A stretch of 63,024 nucleotides of DNA, filler included. It is 5 parts of 5 records of this genome, joined end to end, with 100 filler letters (N's around TTAATTAATTAA, not from the genome) between each part and the next. Parts side by side here need not be neighbours in the genome. Positions count along the whole stretch, not along the records: positions 52,934 to 63,024 come from SRR20825019_2814; 4 more parts are not named here. One strand, 5' to 3'. Positions 58,077-63,024 of this stretch are shown here, one piece after another (position 1 is the first letter of the stretch; the number at the start of each line of letters is the position of its first letter). Below the pieces are notes generated by a model. The model was not told the DNA's origin and made no database searches. It worked only from the letters and a program-made list of their open reading frames with translations. Both the position numbers and the translations under genes were made by a program.

Positions 58077-59053
58077 AGCTCTGCATGTCGCTCATCCTCC
58101 TGGTTTTCGTGCTGTTCGTCGTGTCGCTGCTCGTCGGCCCCGCCGAACTCCCGGTGGAAGACAGCATTGCCGGGCTTTTTGCCGGCGGCAGTGAGGCGGC
58201 GGCCATCATCATGCGTGAAATACGCCTGCCGCGCGCCCTTCTTGGTCTTGCCATCGGCATGTCGCTCGGGCTTTCCGGCGCGGTTCTTCAGGGTTTTTTG
58301 CGCAATCCGCTGGCTGAGCCTGGCGTGATCGGGGTGTCGTCCATGGCAGCCCTCGGCGCGGTTCTTGTGTTTTATTCGGGGCTTGCCGGAAGCTCGCTCT
58401 ATGCGCTGCCCGCCGGTGCGCTGATCGGCGCGCTCCTTGCAATACTCGTCCTGCTTGCCATTGCCGCGCGCCAGGGTTCAACGCTTACACTCATTCTGGC
58501 GGGCGTTGCGCTCTCCAGTCTTGCGGGAGCGCTTACCGCGCTGGTTCTCAATCTTTCCCCCAATCCCTTTGCCTCCTATGAGATCATCTTCTGGCTGCTG
58601 GGCTCACTGAAGGACCGATCCATGGAGCATGTGGCACTCGCCCTGCCGCTCATGGCTGCGGGCTGGTTTCTGATTGCACTCTCGGCCCGCGCCATTGATG
58701 CACTTTCGCTAGGCGAGGAAGCGGCTTCCAGTCTCGGCATTTCCATGAGCCTCACACGCTTTCTGATCGTCGCCGGAGTGGCGCTCTGCGTCGGTGCGGC
58801 CACTGCGGTCACCGGCACCATCGGCTTCATCGGCCTCGTGATCCCGCATCTTATTCGTCCGCTCACCAACCGAATGCCAAGCAGCCTTCTGCTACCCGCA
58901 GGGCTGGGTGGCGCAGCACTTCTCCTCGCCGCCGACATCGCGGCACGCATTGTGTTGCCCGCTGGCGAGCTCAATGTCGGCGTTCTGACAGCGCTGATCG
59001 GAGCGCCGTTTTTCCTGTGGCTCGTTGTCCGCGCCCGCCGGGAGATGCTGTGA
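58073..59053 (+). CDS. FecCD/BtuC-family permease
   Basis: IRLPRALL, RNPLAEPGVIGVS and GFIGLVIPH. Confidence 0.92.
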   Translation: MKLCMSLILLVFVLFVVSLLVGPAELPVEDSIAGLFAGGSEAAAIIMREIRLPRALLGLAIGMSLGLSGAVLQGFLRNPLAEPGVIGVSSMAALGAVLVFYSGLAGSSLYALPAGALIGALLAILVLLAIAARQGSTLTLILAGVALSSLAGALTALVLNLSPNPFASYEIIFWLLGSLKDRSMEHVALALPLMAAGWFLIALSARAIDALSLGEEAASSLGISMSLTRFLIVAGVALCVGAATAVTGTIGFIGLVIPHLIRPLTNRMPSSLLLPAGLGGAALLLAADIAARIVLPAGELNVGVLTALIGAPFFLWLVVRARREML

Positions 59054-59838
59054 TGGATCTGCACGCCGACAATCTCTCTGTTACGCTCGCAAACAGACAC
59101 GTGATCAGTGACATTGGCTTCAAGATCAAACCCGGTGTGCTCGTCGGTGTTCTTGGACCGAATGGCGCGGGCAAATCCACGCTCATGCGGGCGCTCAACG
59201 GCCAGCTCTCCGTCAAGGGTGACATCCGGTTCGGGGAACACGACCTTGCGGTGATCGGGCCCGCGGCGCGCGCCCGCCTCGTCGCCTATCTGCCGCAGCA
59301 ACGCACCATAGGCTGGCGGCTGACCGTGCGCGATCTCGTGGCGCTCGGCCGTCTGCCGTGGCGTGCCTTTGGCCAACGCGCGAGCGCGCGCGATGAAGCG
59401 GCAATCGAGCGCGCGATGGAGATGGCCGATATCGCGTCACTCTCGCCGCGGATCGCCACCGAACTCTCTGGCGGAGAACAGGCCCGCGTCCTGATGGCGC
59501 GCGCCATCGCGCAGGAGACACCGCTTCTCATCGCCGACGAACCGGCCTCCGGCCTCGATGCCGCGCACCAGATCATGCTGATGCGATCGCTGAAAGGGCT
59601 CGCTGCAGAGGGAAAAACCGTGCTGGTTTCACTCCACGATCTGACGCTGGCGGCTCGCTGGTGCGATGAGGTCATGCTCCTGAATGAGGGAAATCTGGCC
59701 GCGCTTGGGTCGCCGGAAACCGTGTTGTCGGATGAAAACCTCGCGAGGATTTATGGCGTGACGGCCCATCGCGCACAGGATGGAAACGGCCTGATCATTG
59801 CGCCTGTGGGGCTGACCGAAACGGCACCGAGCGGCTAA
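59053..59838 (+). CDS. ABC ATPase (BtuD/FecE-like)
   Basis: GPNGAGKS, LSGGEQARV, ADEP and LHDL. Confidence 0.92.
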   Translation: MDLHADNLSVTLANRHVISDIGFKIKPGVLVGVLGPNGAGKSTLMRALNGQLSVKGDIRFGEHDLAVIGPAARARLVAYLPQQRTIGWRLTVRDLVALGRLPWRAFGQRASARDEAAIERAMEMADIASLSPRIATELSGGEQARVLMARAIAQETPLLIADEPASGLDAAHQIMLMRSLKGLAAEGKTVLVSLHDLTLAARWCDEVMLLNEGNLAALGSPETVLSDENLARIYGVTAHRAQDGNGLIIAPVGLTETAPSG

Positions 59839-61238
59839 TCGGCATTGTGCGTGGCCATTGCCGCCCTGGCATTGAGAAGACCGTCGCCGAAGTCTTCGTC
59901 ACGGCCAGGCTCTCCCAGATCCACCGCGGTGCTGCGAAGCAATTCCGCAAGCGCCCTGGGAGATGCATTCTCGCCCGCATGGATCAGATTGGCAATCGCT
60001 CCAGAGACGATGGCAGCGGCAAAGGAGGTGCCCGTAACGACATCCATGCCGCCGGGTATGGGGGCCACCACGTTCACGCCCGGCGCCGAAAGATCGATGT
60101 AGCGGCCACGGTTTGCCTTCCCCATCACCCGGTCGTGCATATCGGTCGCCGTTACGGCGATCACGCCATCATAGGCTGCCGGATAACCGAAAGGCGCGCC
60201 GGGACCGTTGTTGCCCGCAGCAGCGACAAGCACCACACCGCGCGCCATCGCATTACGGCAGGCGGAAGAAAAAAGCGGATTTTCTGGCCCAACAAAGCTC
60301 ATGTTCACGATCTGGGCGCCCTCTTCCACCGCCCAGTCGAGCGCCGCCAGAAGCACGCTGGTGCTGGAAACGCCCTCCTCGAAGGCCCGGGCATGGAGCA
60401 ATCGCACACCCGGCGCCATACCGCGAAACGGCCCATCGCCGGCAATCAGACCAGAAATGGACGTGCCATGCTCCCGGTCTTTCACCGCCATGTCGGGGAG
60501 CGCGTCGAATACGCTTGCAACACGGCCGGCAAGGGCCGGGTGCGTCTCGTCCACAGCCGTATCGATCACGGCCACGCTCACATTCTCACCGTTCACCGCG
60601 CCGGCATCGAGTGCGATCCGTTCAAAGGCGTAGTTGACGATGCCCGCGGTCTGTTGAAGCTGGAACACATGGTTCGGCACCCGATCGGCCAGCCGGCCAT
60701 CGCCTTCAAGCTGTGCAAGCACGAAAGCCACCGGGCGTCCGTCGGGTATCCCTAGGCGGGCAATGGTGCGCCCGAGCAAGGCCGAACCACGGGCCGAGCG
60801 CAGTTCCAGCCCGAATTGCGCCGCAATGGCGGCAGCCACATCCCCGTCACCGTCGAGGGTGACAAGAACCTCATCCGGCACGAAAACTCCGGAGATGGCA
60901 CGCTGCGGCGCTACGGGCCTGACATTGGCTCCCACGCTCCCTGTCGTGGTGGCTGGGCTGCCGGGCGTGGCGCCATTGCCTGCCGCGCTGTCATTCGTTG
61001 CCGAAGATGCATCACCGGATGTCGCAGGCTGGGTGGGCGCATCGGCGCCCGCCCCCGGGCCAAACAGCTCCGCCAGCATCTGCGGCAGAAAGACCACATT
61101 GCGTCCGCTGGCCTCCAGCCGCGTCTGCGCTTCGTCGTCGGCGGATTCAACTGGTGTACCTGTTTGGGCAAGAGCTGAAACCGCGAAGACAACCGAGATA
61201 ACAAGCCCCGCCAATAAGTGTAAAATTGACCTATTCAT
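59835..61238 (-). CDS. Secreted S8 (subtilisin-like) serine peptidase
   Basis: Signal peptide, prodomain, catalytic D (VAVIDT), H (HGTSISG), oxyanion N (AAAGN) and S (GTSFAA). Confidence 0.92.
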   Translation of the reverse strand: MNRSILHLLAGLVISVVFAVSALAQTGTPVESADDEAQTRLEASGRNVVFLPQMLAELFGPGAGADAPTQPATSGDASSATNDSAAGNGATPGSPATTTGSVGANVRPVAPQRAISGVFVPDEVLVTLDGDGDVAAAIAAQFGLELRSARGSALLGRTIARLGIPDGRPVAFVLAQLEGDGRLADRVPNHVFQLQQTAGIVNYAFERIALDAGAVNGENVSVAVIDTAVDETHPALAGRVASVFDALPDMAVKDREHGTSISGLIAGDGPFRGMAPGVRLLHARAFEEGVSSTSVLLAALDWAVEEGAQIVNMSFVGPENPLFSSACRNAMARGVVLVAAAGNNGPGAPFGYPAAYDGVIAVTATDMHDRVMGKANRGRYIDLSAPGVNVVAPIPGGMDVVTGTSFAAAIVSGAIANLIHAGENASPRALAELLRSTAVDLGEPGRDEDFGDGLLNARAAMATHNAD

Positions 61239-61887
61239 CGCCCGGCCTGCGTCCCGTCACGACCGATTCAACGAGTTCCGCCTGTTCGATTGCCTCAACG
61301 ATCTGATTATACTGTTCAACCGTCTCGGCATCGACGACAACACGGTACAGCCCGCCCGGCAGAGGCCCGGCGGCGATCTCGACCCCGCTTTCTTCAAGCA
61401 AGGTCGAGACATCGGCCATGGAGGCATCCGCCGCGAATGTCACGAAGGCGAAGGGTGCGTTCCCGCGATCCGCTCCCGCCACGGAATATTGCTCGGTCTG
61501 CGAAAGGTTGAGCCAGACCGTCTGGCCGACGAGAATGGCGAGCGCCAGCCCGGCAGCCACCCACGCAGCCTGCACCGGCAGTGAAGGCAGAAAACCGGCC
61601 AGCCATTCCCGCAGCGAAGGTTTTGCGCTCCTGTCGGGGCCCGCCTCCTCGGCCAGCGCCCTGGAAAAGCGGGTTAACGCATCCTCTGGCGGACGGATCG
61701 CCTCATTGTCCGCGAGCGTGGCCGAATACTCGCCCTCGGCTTCGGCCAGCGAGGCCATGGCCTGCGGGTCGGAGGCAAGCCACTCCTCGACCTCGCGCAG
61801 TTCCGCGCCCGAAAGCGTCCCGTTCAGGAAGAACGGCAGCAGCGCCTCCAGCCGGTCGCGGCGGTTCGATTGTGCGTTCTCGCTCAT
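61231..61887 (-). CDS. Membrane-anchored anti-sigma factor
   Basis: LLPFFLNGTLS..EVEEWL anti-sigma-like helices, one TM segment and a C-terminal extracytoplasmic domain; overlaps the sigma stop. Confidence 0.85.
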   Translation of the reverse strand: MSENAQSNRRDRLEALLPFFLNGTLSGAELREVEEWLASDPQAMASLAEAEGEYSATLADNEAIRPPEDALTRFSRALAEEAGPDRSAKPSLREWLAGFLPSLPVQAAWVAAGLALAILVGQTVWLNLSQTEQYSVAGADRGNAPFAFVTFAADASMADVSTLLEESGVEIAAGPLPGGLYRVVVDAETVEQYNQIVEAIEQAELVESVVTGRRPGDE

Positions 61888-62453
61888 GGCCAGCCTCGAT
61901 CATATCCTGCCGCCTGCAAGGCTTCTCCAAGCTTCTTGCGGGCGTAAAACATCCTGGTTTTCACGGTAGCGGCGGGGACGGAAAGGATTTCGCCGATCTC
62001 GGTCACCGACTTGCCGTGGTAATAGGCTAGGTCGACCACGGTGCGGTGTTCTTCCGACAGTGCATTCACGAAGGAGCGCAGCGCCGCCGCCTTGTCATCC
62101 TTCATTGTGGTGACCTCCGGCGTGTCGGCGCTGTCTTCAATCGCCTCTGCCTGCCCGTCATCCAGCGCACTTTCCCGGCGCTTGCGCAAAGCCGAAAGCG
62201 CCTTGAAGCGGGCGATGCCAAGCAACCAGGTGGAGACCTGAGAGCGCGCTTCGAAGCGCGGCGCCTGACGCCACACTTCCAGAAACACTTCATTCGCAAT
62301 CTCGTCCGCCATGGTTTCCGATCCCGTCTGGCGCATCACGAAACGGAAGACCCGTGCATGATGCCGCATGAACAAGAGCCGGAGCGCCGCCCTGTCCCCA
62401 CGCGCCGTTCTGGCCACGAGTGCAGCATCGGATGTCTGATCCGCAACACTCAT
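61884..62453 (-). CDS. ECF sigma-70 factor
   Basis: 189 aa; region 2 (ADEIANEVFLEVW, STWLLGIARFKA) and region 4 (EIGEILSVPAATVKTRMFYARKKL). Confidence 0.95.
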   Translation of the reverse strand: MSVADQTSDAALVARTARGDRAALRLLFMRHHARVFRFVMRQTGSETMADEIANEVFLEVWRQAPRFEARSQVSTWLLGIARFKALSALRKRRESALDDGQAEAIEDSADTPEVTTMKDDKAAALRSFVNALSEEHRTVVDLAYYHGKSVTEIGEILSVPAATVKTRMFYARKKLGEALQAAGYDRGWP

Positions 62454-62469
62454 GCCAGGCCCTTCGACA

Positions 62470-62499
62470 GTGTGTCGCGCGACGGTGCGTTTCGGTTCA
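62470..62499 (-). promoter_or_regulatory. Candidate autoregulatory ECF promoter
   Basis: Minus strand TGAACC-N16-CGACACAC, ending 16 nt before the sigma ATG. Confidence 0.6.
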
Positions 62500-62591
62500 T
62501 CGCTTCCCCCAGTTTCTGAAAAGCTAGTCCATTTGCCGTTCGGTGGAAACAGAATTGCCTCCCTCTATCGACTTTGCGGTGCACATCAATG

Positions 62592-62621
62592 TGAACCTTT
62601 TCACAGCCTCGTCAGACAAAC
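62592..62621 (+). promoter_or_regulatory. Second copy of the candidate ECF promoter, divergent
   Basis: TGAACC-N16-AGACAAAC, same spacing as the first copy. Confidence 0.55.
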
Positions 62622-62664
62622 CCTGCAGGGTACGCATGGTGCGCACCCGGAAAGGAGTGTTCTG

Positions 62665-63024
62665 ATGACACGGCATATCGACTGCAAATGGTCGTTCAAG
62701 CCGCCGCGGCGCGTGGCCGGGGCGGTTTTGTTGACCTTGCGTAAGCCGAGGCGTAGGCTCTCCCATGACGGGGTTGAAATGAACCTCGCTTCGGGGGGAT
62801 ACGCCGGAACAAGGGGAACAGGGCTCAACAATGATGCCCATCCGGCCACCTCCCGAAACGGCTTCGGGAGGCACGTTATGGGGCATAACCGGCAGTTCCC
62901 GGCACGGTGCGAAGGAAACGCACACGATCGTCCTGGCACAATCGCCAGACGCTTTCTTGAGAGCACCGCCGCCATAGCGCTCGCCGTCATGGCGGGCTTT
63001 TCATCGAGTGCACCTGCAAGCGCG
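62665..63024 (+). CDS. N-terminus of a probable exported protein, 3'-truncated (absent from the ORF track)
   Basis: Frame open from ATG 62665 (AAAGGAG RBS) or ATG 62878 (GGGAGG RBS) to the window end; ends in signal-peptide-like RRFLESTAAIALAVMAGFSSSAPASA. Confidence 0.6.
   Translation, partial: MTRHIDCKWSFKPPRRVAGAVLLTLRKPRRRLSHDGVEMNLASGGYAGTRGTGLNNDAHPATSRNGFGRHVMGHNRQFPARCEGNAHDRPGTIARRFLESTAAIALAVMAGFSSSAPASA

Overview
The window is not one locus. It is five unrelated contigs joined by four artificial 100-nt linkers (N-run + TTAATTAATTAA + N-run at 14054-14153, 29168-29267, 41136-41235, 52834-52933), so it is probably a mixed-culture or metagenome concatenation. Taxon labels are my impression from protein sequence and gene order, not database hits. 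(1) 1-14053, Marinobacter-like gammaproteobacterium: tssB-tssC-tssE, hotdog-fold protein, acyl-CoA-binding protein, a stand-alone integron-integrase N-terminal domain, greB, an OmpR-type two-component pair, an internally deleted hyi pseudogene, a beta-hydroxyacid dehydrogenase, rpoH-ftsX-ftsE-ftsY and rsmD. (2) 14154-29167, Devosia/Rhizobiales-like: LacI-controlled sugar ABC/catabolic cluster, ytfQRT-yjfF-like ABC system with a FadR-type regulator, GlpR, glycerophosphodiesterase and an ABC ATPase. (3) 29268-41135, a eukaryote, most likely a kinetoplastid: intron-less genes all on one strand with trans-splice-like signals, including the start of RPL7, DNA polymerase delta, a frameshifted multi-SRCR membrane protein and a 24-aa LRR protein. 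(4) 41236-52833, Devosia-like: ndk, DEAD-box helicase, MFS/MarR/MDR, molybdopterin oxidoreductase, TauE/SafE, a small gene with a structured leader, DUF2147-like protein and a partial tRNA-Ser. (5) 52934-63024, Rhizobiales-like: peptide ABC binding protein, cobalamin riboswitch with btuBFCD-like operon, and an ECF sigma/anti-sigma/subtilase operon. Best leads: the ECF-anti-sigma-subtilase module with twin divergent TGAACC-N17-GACA promoters, the SRCR receptor, a candidate sRNA/attenuator upstream of greB, the uORF-containing leader at about 51340-51490, the stand-alone IntI N-domain and the apparently orphan tssBCE unit. Novelty of any of these cannot be established without database searches.
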